Source of the DNA: Struthio camelus
Taxonomy: Eukaryota
Assembly: GCF_040807025.1 (NCBI RefSeq)
Contig: NC_090970.1
Span: 837,359 to 901,358, forward strand
Direction: 5' to 3'
DNA: 64,000 nt
Shown: positions 1-10,959 of the stretch, in pieces
How the letters are laid out: each line of letters opens with the position of its first letter
Position numbering within the stretch: position 1 is the stretch's first letter
Made by a program: the position numbers and the translations under genes
Notes under the pieces: generated by a model
What the model was told of the DNA's origin: nothing
Database searches by the model: none
Seen by the model: the letters and a program-made list of their open reading frames with translations, nothing else

Positions 1-590
1 TTTCCCGGGCACCTGGGCCCCTCCCGGACACCTGGGCCCCTCCCCGGACGCCTGGGCCCCTTTCCCGGGCACCTGGGCCCCTTCCCCGGACGCCTGGGCC
101 CCTCCCCGGACACCTGGGTCCCTCCCTGGACGCCTGGGCCCCTTTCCTGGACACCTGGGCCCCTCCCCGGACACCTGGGCCCCTCACCGCTCGTCAGTGG
201 CGCACAACCGGGCCCCCCGGGCGCTGCACATGGCGCCCAGCATCTCCTGGAGCCGCTCGTTACCTGTGTGGGTAGATGGGAGCGGGTCGGGGGTCATCCC
301 GGACGCCTGGGCCCCTCCCCTGGATGCCTGGGCCCCTCCCCCGGACACCTGGGTCCCTCCCCCGGATGCCTGGGCCCCTTCCCCGGATGCCTGGGCCCCT
401 GCCCCGGACGCCTGGGCCCCTTCCCCGGATGCCTGGGCCCCTTCCCGGACACCTGGGCCCCTTTCCCAGACACCTGGGCCCCTTCCCCGGACGCCTGGGC
501 CCCTTTCCCAGACACCTGGGCCCCTTCCCCGGACACCTGGGCCCCTCCCCCGGACGCCTGGGCCCCTTCCCCGGACGCCTGGGCCCCACG
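1..590. repeat. 20-21-bp minisatellite (CCCGGACRCCTGGGCCCCTYC)n, C-rich strand on plus; interrupted by OSGEP exon 9 (188-263)
   Basis: Read directly. Same family as the arrays at 3100-3715, 3985-4925, 10960-12060, 16560-17740, 19840-21110, 23870-25250, 26560-26900, 40200-40900, 48330-49100 and 49920-50560. Confidence 0.9.
188..263 (-). CDS. OSGEP: OSGEP exon 9 (phase-2 donor cg|GTGAGG; remaining C-terminal exons lie before position 1)
   Basis: (C)[24 protein letters not shown](R) matches human [26 protein letters not shown]. Confidence 0.85.
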
Positions 591-593
591 TAC

Positions 594-684
594 AGCCGAC
601 GCCGCCCACCAGCAGCACCTCGGGGGACCGGCACTGGGCGGCCGCTCGCTCCGTCACCTCCACCAACATGGCGAACACCGTCTC
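594..684 (-). CDS. OSGEP: OSGEP exon 8
   Basis: [30 protein letters not shown](C) matches human [31 protein letters not shown]. Donor t|GTACGT. Confidence 0.85.
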
Positions 685-849
685 CTGCGGGGGGGGGGCA
701 ATCTCACAGCGGCACCCCCAAATACCCCCCGATTCACCCCAAAATACCTCCCCGCCCCCCCCATGCCCGCTGGGACCCCCCAAAAACAACCCCTCAAAAA
801 CTGCCCCCGGAAGAAACCCTAAAACCCCCCTAATACTCTCTAATACTCA

Positions 850-2860
850 TTAATACTCACTAATACCCCATTAATACTCTTTACCCCCTACTAATAGGCC
901 TTAAAAGCCCCCAAACAACCCCAAATACCCCCAAAACAGCCCCCCAAACCCCTCCGAAAGCCCCCAACGCTCCCCAAATACCCACCGGTACTCACTCCTA
1001 CTCCGTTAATACTCCCACGTGCAAAATACCCCCAGTGGCCCCTGTGGTACCCCCAACCCTCCCCGAGCCCGATACTTCCAGATACCCCAAACGCCCCATT
1101 AATACTCCCGCCCGGCCCCAAAACACTTCTTTCCACCCCAAAGACCCCCTGAAAGCCCTCAAAAATACTCTAGCATGCAAAATACCCCATTAATACTCCG
1201 TCCTGCTCTCCAGTACTTTCCAACACCCCCGATACCCCCCCCCATATTTTAGCAACGCTCCCCCAAGGCCTCAATACCCCCCAAACGCTTCCCCCATACC
1301 CCAAATACCCCGTTAATACTCCCGGATACTACAGCCCCCCCCCCCCAGCAGCCCCCAAACGCCTCCGAACGCACCCAAGTGCCCCCCAAATACCCCCAGC
1401 GACCCTGCAAATACCCCCCACGGCGCCCCAACACCCCCAAGGGTCACCCGATACCCTTTGACACCCCCAAATACCCCCCCCGGATACTCCCAAATACCCC
1501 CAAAATACAAAAAAAATACTCCCAAATACCCCAAATACTGCCCAAGTACACCAAAATACCACCCACGTACTCCCAAATACCCCCAAATAGGAAAAATACT
1601 CCCACACACCCCCCAGATATTCACCAAGTACACCAAAATATACCCCCATACTCCCAAATACCCCCAAATAGAAAAAAAATACTCCCAAATACTCCCAAAT
1701 ACCCCCAGATACTCCCTAAGTACACCAAAATACCGCCCACGTACTCCCAAATACCCCCAAATAGGAAAAATGCTCCCACATACCCCCCAGATACTCACCA
1801 AGTACACCAAAATATACCCCCATACTCCCAAATACCTCCAAATAGAAAAAATACTCCCAAATACTCCCAAATACCCCCAGATACTCCCTAAGTACACCAA
1901 AATACCACCCATGTACTCCCAAATACCCCCAAATAGGAAAAATACTCCCACATACCCCCCAGATACTCACCAAGTACACCAAAATATACCCCCATACTCC
2001 CAAATACCTCCAAATAGAAAAAATACTCCCAAATACTCCCACATACCCCCAGATACTCCCTAAGTACACCAAAATACCACCCATGTACTCCCAAATACCC
2101 CCAAATAGGAAAAATGCTCCCACATACCCCCCAGATACTCACCAAGTGCACCAAAACATACCCCACATACTCCCAAATACCCCCAACTAGGAAAAATACT
2201 CCCAAATACCCCCCCAGATACTCCATAAGTACACCAAAATACCGCCCACGTACTCCCAAAATACCCCCAAATAGGAAAAATACTCCCAAATACCCCCAGA
2301 TACTCACCAAGTACACCAAAACACCACCCACACACTCCCAAATAGAAAAAAATGCCCCCAGATACCCCCAGATACCCCCCAAGTACACCAAAACGCCACC
2401 CAGCTACTCCCCAGCACCCCCAAAATACTCCCAAATACCCCCAGATGCTTCCAAACACCCCAAATACCCCCAGGTCCTCCCCAAATACCCCAAATTACTC
2501 CCAAAATACCCCTAAGCACCGGCCAAACGCACCCAAGTACACAACAAAATACTCCCAAATACCCCCAAACACCCCCAGGCACCCCCAGATACTCCCCAAA
2601 TACCCCAATACTAACCAAGCACACCAAAACACTCTCCAAATACCACCTAGAGAGTCCCAAAAGACCCCCAAAATGCTCCCAAATCCCCCTGGATACTCCC
2701 AAACATCCCCAAATACCCCAAGTACCCTGCAAATACCCCAAAATACTAATTCATCACCTAGATACTCCAAAATACACACAAAAATACTCTGAATTACCCC
2801 CAAATACTCCCGAATACCCCCAGGTACTCCCAAACACCCCCCGGGCGCTCTCAAATACTC
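850..2860. repeat. Strand-asymmetric A+C-rich tandem repeat (about 165-bp unit built from CCCAAATACTCCCAAATACCCCCAGATACTC... sub-motifs) in OSGEP intron 8
   Basis: Units recur at about 1700, 1865, 2030 and 2195. The plus strand is almost G-free. Confidence 0.8.
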
Positions 2861-3023
2861 TAGGCCCCCACAAATGCTCCCCCCAAACCCCAAACGTTCC
2901 CAAATTACAGCAAAACACTCCCCAAAACAGCCCCCGGGGAGCCCGGACGCCCCCCCCAGGCCCGTCCGCAGACCCCCGGACGCCTGGGCCCCCGCCCCGG
3001 ACGCCTGGGCCCCCCGCGGGCAC

Positions 3024-3089
3024 CTGCAGCGAGAAGCAGAGATCCTCAACGGTGGCTTCGCCCGACGCCAGCAGCTGGGGGGCCACCGC
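3024..3089 (-). CDS. OSGEP: OSGEP exon 7
   Basis: [22 protein letters not shown] matches human [22 protein letters not shown]. 22 codons. Confidence 0.8.
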
Positions 3090-3099
3090 CTGCGGGGGG

Positions 3100-3715
3100 G
3101 CAGCCGGACGCCTGGGCCCCTCGCCCGGACGCCTGGGCCCCTTCCCCGGACACCTGGGCCCCTCGCCCGGACGCCTGGGCCCCTCGCCCGGACGCCTGGG
3201 CCCCCTCCCCGGACGCCTGGGCCCCTCGCCCGGACGCCTGGGCCCCTTCCCCGGACGCCTGGGACCCTCGCCCGGACGCCTGGGCCCCTTCCCCGGACGC
3301 CTGGGCCCCTTCCCCGGACACCTGGGTCCCTTCCCCGGACACCTGGGCCCCTCACCCGGATGCCTGGGCCCCTTCCCCGGACACCTGGGTCCCCTCCCCG
3401 GACACCTGGGCCCCTCCCCGGACACCTGGGCCCCCTCCCTGGATGCCTGGGCCCCTCCCCGGACACCTGGGCCCCTCCCCGGACACCTGGGCCCCTTCCC
3501 CGGACACCTGGGCCCCTGCCCGGACGCCTGGGCCCTTCCCCGGACACCTGGGCCCCCTCCCCGGACGCCTGGGCCCCTCCCCCGGACACCTGGGTCCCTT
3601 CCCCCGGACACCTGGGTCCCTCCCCGGACACCTGGGCCCCTTCCCCGGACACCTGGGCCCCTTCCCGGACACCTGGGCCCCTCGCCCGGACGCCTGGGCC
3701 CCTCCCGGACGCCTG
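3100..3715. repeat. 21-bp minisatellite family (C-strand on plus) in OSGEP intron 6
   Basis: ccggacgcctgggcccctcgcccggacgcctgggcccc... Confidence 0.9.
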
Positions 3716-3725
3716 GGCCCCTCAC

Positions 3726-3804
3726 CTCGATGTGCGACAGGAGGCCCGAGAAGGAGACGTCCAGGCCCTTCACCACGTACGGCAGCTCCAGCAGCTTCGT
3801 CCCC
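3726..3804 (-). CDS. OSGEP: OSGEP exon 6
   Basis: (K)[26 protein letters not shown] matches human [26 protein letters not shown]. Donor gag|GTGAGG. Confidence 0.85.
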
Positions 3805-3920
3805 CTGCGGCCGCAGCCCCGACCCCGCCGTCAGGGCCCCCCGGACGCCTGGGCCCCCCCTCCCCCCCCGGCCGCGTGGCAGGGGGCCCAGGCGTCCGGG
3901 CCGGCCCCCGAAACACTCAC

Positions 3921-3970
3921 TTCTTAGCCAGTTGTTCGATGTTGTAGCCGGGACTGGGGTCGTTGGAGAT
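3921..3970 (-). CDS. OSGEP: OSGEP exon 5
   Basis: [16 protein letters not shown](K) matches human [17 protein letters not shown]. Acceptor cccgcag, donor aa|GTGAGT. Confidence 0.85.
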
Positions 3971-3984
3971 CTGCGGGAGACCGG

Positions 3985-4925
3985 GCAGGACGTCCAACGG
4001 GGCCCAGGCGTCCGGGGAGGGCCCAGGCGTCCGGGGAGGGGCCCAGGTGTCCGGGAAAGGGGCCCAGGCGTCCGGGGAAAGGGCCCAGGTGTCCGGCGAA
4101 AGAGCCCAGGCATCCAGGGAGGGGCCCAGGCGTCCGGGGAAGGGGCCCAGGCGTCCGGGGAGGGGCCCAGGTGTCCGGGGAGGGGGCCCAGGCGTCCGGG
4201 AAAGGGGCCCAGGTGTCCGGGGAGGGGCCCAGGCATCCGGGGAGGGGCCCAGGTGTCCGGGGAGGGACCCAGGTGTCCGGGGAGGGGCCCAGGTGTCCGG
4301 GGCAGGAACCCAGGCGTCCGGGAAGGGGACCCAGGCGTCCGGGAAGGGGACCCAGGTGTCCGGGGGAGGGGCCCAGGTGTCTGGGGAAAGGGCCCAGGTG
4401 TCCGGGGAAGGGACCCAGGTGTCCGGGGAGGGGCCCAGGCGTCCGGGGCAGGAACCCAGGCGTCCGGGGCAGGAACCCAGGTGTCCGGGGCAGGGACCCA
4501 GGCGTCCGGGGCAGGAACCCAGGCGTCCGGGCCAGGGGGCCAGGTGTCCGGGGAGGGGCCCAGGCGTCCGGGGCAGGAACCCAGGCGTCCGGGCCAGGGG
4601 GCCAGGTGTCCGGGGAAGGGGCCCAGGCGTCCGGGGCCGGAACCCAGGTGTCCGGGGAAGGGACCCAGGCGTCCGGGGCAGGAACCCAGGCGTCCGGGGC
4701 AGGGACCCAGGCGTCCGGGGCCGGAACCCAGGCGTCGGGGGAAGGGACCCAGGTGTCCGGGGCAGGAACCCAGGCGTCCGGGGAGGGGCCCAGGCGTCCG
4801 GGGCCGGAACCCAGGCGTCCGGGGCAGGAACCCAGGTGTCCGGGGCAGGGACCCAGGCGTCCGGGGCAGGAACCCAGGTATCCGGGGCAGGAACCCAGGC
4901 GTCCGGTCCAGGGGGCCCAGGCGTC
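3985..4925. repeat. 21-bp minisatellite family (G-strand on plus: GGGGCCCAGGCGTCCGGGGMAGGR) in OSGEP intron 4
   Basis: Read directly. Confidence 0.9.
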
Positions 4926-4932
4926 CGGGCAC

Positions 4933-5028
4933 CTGCAGGGCGCGAGCGAAGCGGTCCAGGCAGTTGCCCACGGCCACGTCCAAGGTCTCGCCCAGGATGC
5001 GGTAGCGGCGCCGGGCGAAGGCGATCAC
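4933..5028 (-). CDS. OSGEP: OSGEP exon 4
   Basis: [32 protein letters not shown] matches human [32 protein letters not shown]. 32 codons, phase 0. Confidence 0.9.
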
Positions 5029-5122
5029 CTGCCGGCAGACGGAGAGCGAGAGTTCAGCGTTCGGCCCGGGGGCTCCGTGTCCCCCCCCCCCCCGAACACG
5101 CGTGTCGCCCCGAGCCGTGTAC

Positions 5123-5298
5123 CTGCGTGTTGCCGCCGCTGACGTAGAGCACGAGGGGGTCGCGGGCCCCGCACACCAGCCGCCCCATCTCGATGTGCCC
5201 CACGCAGTGGTTCACCCCCAGCAGCGGCCGGTCCCACAGCTGCGCCAGCGTCCGGGCCGCCGCCGCCACCACCGCCAGCGGCGCCCCCATGCCCGGCC
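5123..5298 (-). CDS. OSGEP: OSGEP exon 3
   Basis: (G)[58 protein letters not shown] matches human [45 protein letters not shown]...[10 protein letters not shown]. Donor cag|GTACAC. Confidence 0.9.
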
Positions 5299-5389
5299 CT
5301 GCGCCCCGCGCACGCTAAGCACACGTCAGCCCCCTCGTGCCCCCCCATGACCCCCACGCGCCTCCCGTGCGCTTGGGACGCGGCTATAA

Positions 5390-6660
5390 CCACCGATAAG
5401 GCCCCTGGGAGGAGTGCTGAGCGCACACGCTAAGCACATGCTAAGCACATGTGAACCCTATCACGCCTCTGGGGCCCCCCACGACCCCCACGCGCCTCCC
5501 GTGCGCTTGGGATGCGGCTATAGCCACTAATATGGCCCCCACGAGGAGTGCTGAGCGCACACGCTAAGCACATGCTAAGCACATGTGAGCCCTATCGAGC
5601 CTCTGGGGCCCCCCATGACCCCCACGCCCGTCCCGTGCGCTTGGGATGCGGCTATAACCACCGATAAGGCCCCTAGGAGGAGTGCGGAGCACACACGCTA
5701 AGCACATGCTAAGCACATGTGAACCCTATCACGCCTCTGGGGCCCCCCACGACCCCCACGCGCCTCCCGTGCGCTTGGGACGTGGCTATAACCACTAATA
5801 TGGCCCCCACGAGGAGTGCTGAGCGCACACGCTAAGCACATGCTAAGCACACGTGAGCCCTATCGCGCCTCTGGGGCCCCCCACGACCCCCACGCGCCTC
5901 CCGTGCGCTTGGGACGCGGCTATAGCCACTAATATGGCCTCCACGAGGAGTGCTGAGCGCACACGCTAAGCACATGCTAAGCACATGTGAACCCTATCGC
6001 GCCTCTGGGGCCCCCCACGACCCCCACGCGCCTCCCGTGCACTTGGGACGTGGCTATAACCACTAATATGGCCCCCACGAGGAGTGCTGAGCGCACACGC
6101 TAAGCACATGCTAAGCACATGTGAACCCTATCACACCTCTGGGGCCCCCCACGACCCCCACGCGCCTCCCGTGCGCTTGGGATGCGGCTATAGCCACCGA
6201 TAAGGCCCCTGGGAGGAGTGCTGAGCGCACACGCTAAGCACATGCTAAGTACATGTGAACACTATCACGCCTCTGGGGCCCCCCACGACCCCCACGCGCC
6301 TCCCGTGCGCTTGGGACGCGGCTATAGCCACTAATATGGCCCCCACGAGGAGTGCTGAGCGCACACGCTAAGCACATGCTAAGCACATGTGAACCCTATC
6401 ACGCCTCTGGGGCCCCCCACGACCCCCACGCGCCTCCCGTGCGCTTGGGATGCGGCTATAACCATCGATAAGGCCCCTGGGAGGAGTGCTGAGCGCACAC
6501 GCTAAGCACATGCTAAGCACATGTGAACCCTATCACGCCTCTGGGGCCCCCCACGACCCCCACGCGCCTCCCGTGCGCTTGGGATGTGGCTATAACCACT
6601 AATATGGCCCCCACGAGGAGTGCTGAGTGCACACGCTAAGCACACGCTAAGCACACACGA
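5390..6660. repeat. About 134-bp tandem repeat of about 9 copies in OSGEP intron 2
   Basis: TAAGCACATGCTAAGCACATGTGA recurs at 5431, 5564, 5698, 5833 .... Unit ...GAGCGCACACGCTAAGCACATGCTAAGCACATGTGAACCCTATCACGCCTCTGGGGCCCCCCACGACCCCCACGCGCCTCCCGTGCGCTTGGGACGCGGCTATAACCACTAATATGGCCCCCACGAGGAGTGCT. Confidence 0.9.
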
Positions 6661-6939
6661 CCCCGATTGGGCCTACATGACCCCCAGTGACTCCCACCCA
6701 CCTCCCCCCCACCCGGGACACGTCTCCAAGTGCTCCCAGGGCCCCGGGGACGCACACGGCACGCACACGCTAAGCACACGCTAAGCACACGCTAAGCACA
6801 CGCGACCCCGATCGGGCCTACATGACCCCCAATGACTCCCACCCACCCAGGACACGTCTCCGAGTGCTCCCAGGGCCCCGGGGACGCACACGGCACGCAC
6901 ACGCTAAGCACACGCTAAGCGCACGCCAAGGACACGCAC

Positions 6940-7059
6940 CGCGGGTGAAGGCCACGGCGTCGACGTCGGCCGCCCGCAGCCCGGCCTCCCGCAGCGCCGC
7001 CGCCACCAGCCCCGGCAGCCGCCGCCGGTGGTGCCGCGCCGCCGCCCCCGGGGCGAAGC
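6940..7059 (-). CDS. OSGEP: OSGEP exon 2
   Basis: ...HHRRRLPGLVAAALREAGLRAADVDAVAFTR(G) matches human ...[32 protein letters not shown]. Acceptor cgcgcag, donor GTGCGT. Confidence 0.75.
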
Positions 7060-7069
7060 CTGCGCGGGG

Positions 7070-7500
7070 GGGGGGGGGTCACCCAGGGGTCGGGGGTCAC
7101 GGCGGGGTCACGCGGAGGGGGGGGAGCGGGAGGGGGTCGCCCGGGGGGGTCAGGGGTCACGGGGGGAGGTCGGGGGTCATTCAGGGGTCACCCGGGGGGG
7201 GTCGGGGGTCGCCTCGGGGTCACGGGGGTCACAGAGGGAGGTCAGGGGTCATTCAGGGGTCACCCGGGGGGGGTCAGGGGTCAACCGGGGGGGTCAGGGG
7301 TCATTCAGAGGTCACCTGGGGTCAGGGGTCACGGGGGGGGTCAGGGGTCATTCGGAGGTCACCAGGGGGGTCAGGGGTCACGGGGGGAGGTCAGCGGTCA
7401 TTCAGGGGTCACCCAGGGGGGTCAGTGGTCACGGGGGGAGGTCAGGGGTCACCCGGGGGTCACGGGGGGTCAGGGGTCACGCGAGGGTCAGCGCTGCCCT
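7070..7500. repeat. About 22-44-bp repeat (GGGGTCAGGGGTCACGGGGGGAGGTCAGGGGTCATTCA)n in OSGEP intron 1; the same motif recurs at 59935-60050 in NDRG2
   Basis: Read directly. Contains GGGTCA-G-GGGTCA direct repeats. Confidence 0.85.
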
Positions 7501-7516
7501 CACCCCCCCCGAGCGG

Positions 7517-7780
7517 TGACGTCACTGGGGTGGGGGGGGGAGGGAAGGCCGTGACGTCAAAGAGCGGTGAGCTCGTGGAGGAGGGGGGGAAGGGCGGAAG
7601 TGACGTCACGGCGCGCGCGGGGAAGGGGGAGGAGGGCGGAAGTGACGCGGGCGCTCACCGTGGCCGGGCGCGGTGACGTAGGTGGCGCGCGGGTTGCTCA
7701 GCACCGCCCCGTCGCGCACCAGCCCCGCCCCCACCTTGTTGGCCGAGCCCTCCAGCCCCAGCACCACCGGCATGACGTCA
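7517..7780. promoter_or_regulatory. Four perfect CRE palindromes TGACGTCA (7517-7524, 7552-7559, 7601-7608, 7773-7780) at or around OSGEP exon 1; the last overlaps the OSGEP ATG
   Basis: Exact 8-mer matches read directly. Also a (GGC)8 triplet repeat (sense strand) at about 7805-7830, about 35 nt upstream of the OSGEP ATG, and ETS-like CTTCCG repeats at 7850-7865. Confidence 0.55.
7659..7773 (-). CDS. OSGEP: OSGEP coding exon 1 (ATG at 7773-7771; donor GT 7658-7657; phase 1)
   Basis: [38 protein letters not shown] matches human [39 protein letters not shown]. Confidence 0.85.
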
Positions 7781-7899
7781 CCGCCCGCGTCACCGCCCGC
7801 GTCACTGCCCGCGCTCCTCTCCCCGCGCCGCCGCCGCCGCCGCCGCCGCTTCCTACTTCCGCTTCCGGCCCCCGCGGGTCCCGCCCCTTCCGCTCACGT

Positions 7900-8460
7900 A
7901 GATCCGGCGCGCGCTGATTGGTTGGGGAAGCGGCGCGCGGGGAGGGGGAAGCGGCGGCGCGCGCGGATTGGCTGGAGCGGGGCGGGGGTGGGCGGGGGGA
8001 GGAGGAGGAGGGAGCAGCGGCCGGCGGCGCGCGCTGATTGGCTGGAGCGGGGCGGAGGGGGGCGGGGGGAGGAGGAGGAGGGAGCAGCGGCCGGCGGTGC
8101 GCGCTGATTGGCTGGAGCGGGGCGGGGGTGGGCGGGGGGAGGAGGAGGAGGGAGCAGCGGCCGGCGGCGCGCGCTGATTGGCTGGAGCGGGGCGGGGGTG
8201 GGCGGGGGGAGGAGGAGGAGGGAGCAGCGGCCGGCGGCGCGCGCTGATTGGCTGGAGCGGGGCGGGGGTGGGCGGGGGGAGGCGGAGGAGGGAGCAGCGG
8301 CCGGCGGTGCGCGCTGATTGGCTGGAGCGGGGCGGGGGTGGGCGGGGGGAGGCGGAGGAGGGAGCAGCGGCCGGCGGTGCGCGCTGATTGGCTGGAGCGG
8401 GGCGGGGGTGGGCGGGGGGAGGAGGAGGAGGGAGCAGCGGCCGGCGGCGCGCGCTGATTG
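7900..8460. promoter_or_regulatory. OSGEP/APEX1 bidirectional promoter: 70-bp unit repeated 8 times, each with one CCAAT/Y-box (GCTGATTGGCTG) and Sp1-type GC boxes (GGGGCGGGGG). Two further CCAAT + GC-box copies lie at 8461-8535, abutting the APEX1 ATG.
   Basis: The plus-strand ORFs 7968, 8038, 8108, 8178, 8248 and 8318 start exactly 70 nt apart with near-identical 69-aa translations. The unit GCGCGCTGATTGGCTGGAGCGGGGCGGGGGTGGGCGGGGGGAGGAGGAGGAGGGAGCAGCGGCCGGCGG is visible directly. It lies between the OSGEP ATG (7773, minus strand) and the APEX1 ATG (8539, plus strand). Confidence 0.7.
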
Positions 8461-8538
8461 GCTGCGGCGGCGGGCGCTGATTGGCTGCGGATGTGGGGGC
8501 GGGGCCTGGGGCGGAGGGGGCGGGGCCTGGCGGCGGCC

Positions 8539-8608
8539 ATGCCGAAGCGCAGCAAGAAGGAGGCGGCGGCGGACGGAGATGGCGGCGAGGAGGCGGCGGC
8601 GGAGACCG
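8539..8608 (+). CDS. APEX1: APEX1 coding exon 1 (ATG 8539; donor g|GTAGGG, phase 1)
   Basis: MPKRSKKEAAADGDGGEEAAAET(G) matches human [23 protein letters not shown]. Confidence 0.8.
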
Positions 8609-8699
8609 GTAGGGACCAGTATAGACCAGTATAAACCAGTACGGACCAGTATGGACCAGTACGGCCCGGCACAGGCCGGCGCCGGCCCGTAACCCCGCC

Positions 8700-10740
8700 C
8701 ACTGCCCCCCCCACGATATCCCAGTGCCCCCCCACCCCCCTCCCAGTGCTCCCAGTAGCCCCCCCAGTGGCCCCAGTGCCTCCCAGTGCTCTCCCAGTGC
8801 TCCCAGTAGCCCCCCAGTGCCTCCCAGTGCTCTCCCAGTGCTCCCAGTAGCCCTCCCAGTGCCTCCCAGTACCTCCCAGTTCCTCCCAGTACTCCCAGTA
8901 GCCCCCCGTGCTCTCCCAGTGCTCCCAGTAGCCCCCCCAGTGCCCCCAGTACCTCCCAGTGCTCTCCCAGTGCTCCCAGTAGCCCCCCCAGTGCCTCCCA
9001 GTGCTCTCCCAGTGCTCCCAGTACTCCCAGTAGCCCCCCCAGTGCCTCCCAGTACCTCCCAGTCCCTCCCAGTGCCCCCAGTAGCCCCCCCAGTCCCTCC
9101 CAGTCCCTCCCAGTGCTCTCCCAGTGCTCCCAGTAGCCCCCCCAGTGCTCCCAGTAGGCCCCCGTGCTCTCCCAGTGCTCCCAGTAGCCCCCCCAGTCCC
9201 TCCCAGTGCCTCCCAGTCCCTCACAGTGCTCTCCCAGTGCCCCCAGTAGCCCCCCACTGTCTCCCAGTGCTCTCCCAGTGCTCCCAGTAGCCCCCCCCAG
9301 TGCCTCCCCGTGCTCTCCCAGTGCCTCCCAGTGCCTCCCAGTGCCTCCCAGTGCTCCCAGTAGCCCCCCCAGTGCCTCCCAGTGCTCTCCCAGTGCCTCC
9401 CAGTTTTCTCCCAGTGCTCCCAGTGCTCTCCCTGTAGCCCCCAGTGCTCTCCCAGTGCCTCCCAGTGCTCCCAGTAGCCCCCAGTGCTCTCCCAGTGCCT
9501 CCCAGTTTTCTCCCAGTGCCTCCCAGTGCTCCCAGTGCCTCCCAGTACCTCCTAGTGCTCTCCCAGTGCTCCCAGTAGCCCCCCACTGCCTCCCAGTAGC
9601 CCCCGTGCTCTCCCAGTGCTCCCAGTAGCACCCCCAGTCCCTCCCAGTGCTCTCCCAGTGCTCCCAGTAGCCCCCCCAGTGCCTCCCAGTAGCCCCCAGT
9701 AGCCTCCCAGTGCCCCCAGTAGCCTCCCAGTGCTCCCAGTAGCCCCCCCACTGCCCCCCACTGTCTCCCAGTGCTCTCCCAGTGCCCCCAGTAGCCCCCC
9801 ACTGCCTCCCTGTGCCTCCCAGTGCTCTACCAGTGCCCCCAGTAGCCCCCCCAGTGCCTCCCAGTACCTCCCAGTCCCCCCAGTAGCCCCCCAGTCCCTC
9901 CCAGTGCTCTCCCAGTGCTCCCAGTACCCCCCACTGCCTCCCAGTACCTCCCAGTGCTCTCCCAGTGCCCCCAGTGCTCTCCCAGTGCTCCCAGTAGCCC
10001 CCCCAGTGCTCCCAGTAGCCCCCCATGCTCTCCCAGTGCCCCCAGTAGCCCCCCAGTCCCTCCCAGTCCCTCCCAGTCCCTCCCAGTGCCCTCCCAGTGC
10101 CCTTACAATCCCTTCTAGTCTCTCCCCGTGCTTCCCAGTCCCTCCCAGTCCCTCCTAGTGCCCTCCCAGTGCCCTTCCAATCCCTCCCAGTGCCTCCCAG
10201 TCCCTCCCAGTGCCCCCCAGTGCCTCCCAGTGCCCCCCAGCGCCCTCCCAATCCCTCCCAGTACCCCCCAGTCCCTCCCAGTGCCCCCCAGTGCCCTTCC
10301 AATCCCTCCCAGTCCCTCCCAGTGCCTCCCAGTGCCCCCCAGCGCCCTCCCAATCCCTCCCAGTACCCCCCAGTCCCTCCCAGTGCCCCCCAGTGCCCTT
10401 CCAATCCCTCCCAGTGCCTCCCAGTGCCCCCCAGCGCCCTCCCAATCCCTCCCAGTACCCCCCAGTCCCTCCCAGTGCCCCCCAGTGCCCTTCCAATCCC
10501 TCCCAGTGCCTCCCAGTGCCCCCCAGCGCCCTCCCAATCCCTCCCAGTGCCCCCCCAGTCCCTCCCAGTGCCCCCCAGTGCCCTTCCAATCCCTCCCAGT
10601 GCCCCCCAGTGCCCCCCAGCGCCCTTCCAATCCCTCCCAGTGCCCCCCCAGTCCCTCCCAGTGCCCCCCAGTGCCCTTCCAATCCCTCCCAGTGCCTCCC
10701 AGTGCCCCCCAGCGCCCTCCCAGTGCCCCCCAGTGCCCCC
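8700..10740. repeat. Tandem repeat family (CCCAGTGCTCTCCCAGTGCTCCCAGTAGCCCCCCAGTGCCTC; further on CCCAGTGCCCCCCAGTGCCCTTCCAATCCCTC)n filling APEX1 intron 1
   Basis: Read directly. Produces the spurious P/S-rich ORFs 8724-10868. Confidence 0.85.
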
Positions 10741-10790
10741 CCAGTCCCTCCCAGTGCCCCCCAGTGACGGCGGCGCGCCCCCCCCGGCAG

Positions 10791-10957
10791 GCGGGCGCCC
10801 CCCGAAGGCGGCGCGGGGCGACGGGGGGGCGGCGGCGGCCCCCTACGAGGACCCCCCCGACCGGCTGACGGCGCCGGGGGGGCAGCGCTTCACCCTCAAG
10901 GTGACGTCCTGGAACGTCGACGGCCTCCGCGCCTGGGTGCGCAAGCAGGGCCTGCAG
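10791..10957 (+). CDS. APEX1: APEX1 coding exon 2
   Basis: Acceptor cccccggcag|gc. ...[39 protein letters not shown] matches human [40 protein letters not shown]. Donor cag|GTGGGG. Confidence 0.85.
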
Positions 10958-10959
10958 GT

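Larger units (their letters stand above)
188..7773 (-). other. OSGEP: OSGEP gene (KAE1/O-sialoglycoprotein endopeptidase), 5' part: exons 1-9; 3' end outside window
   Basis: Spliced translation [38 protein letters not shown] | GFAPGAAARHHRRRLPGLVAAALREAGLRAADVDAVAFTRG | [10 protein letters not shown]...[14 protein letters not shown]...YVSGGNTQ | [32 protein letters not shown] | [17 protein letters not shown] | [26 protein letters not shown] | [22 protein letters not shown] | [30 protein letters not shown] | [25 protein letters not shown] is collinear with human OSGEP. All junctions have GT/AG and consistent phases. Confidence 0.9.

Noticed and set aside
8724-10868. Proline/serine-rich ORFs ([21 protein letters not shown]..., 665-aa ORF 10097-12094) resembling mucin or proline-rich proteins
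   Set aside because: They are generated by the CCCAGTGC... repeat in APEX1 intron 1. The 665-aa ORF merely reads through APEX1 exon 2 into the next minisatellite. The only conserved segment in it is the APEX1 exon.
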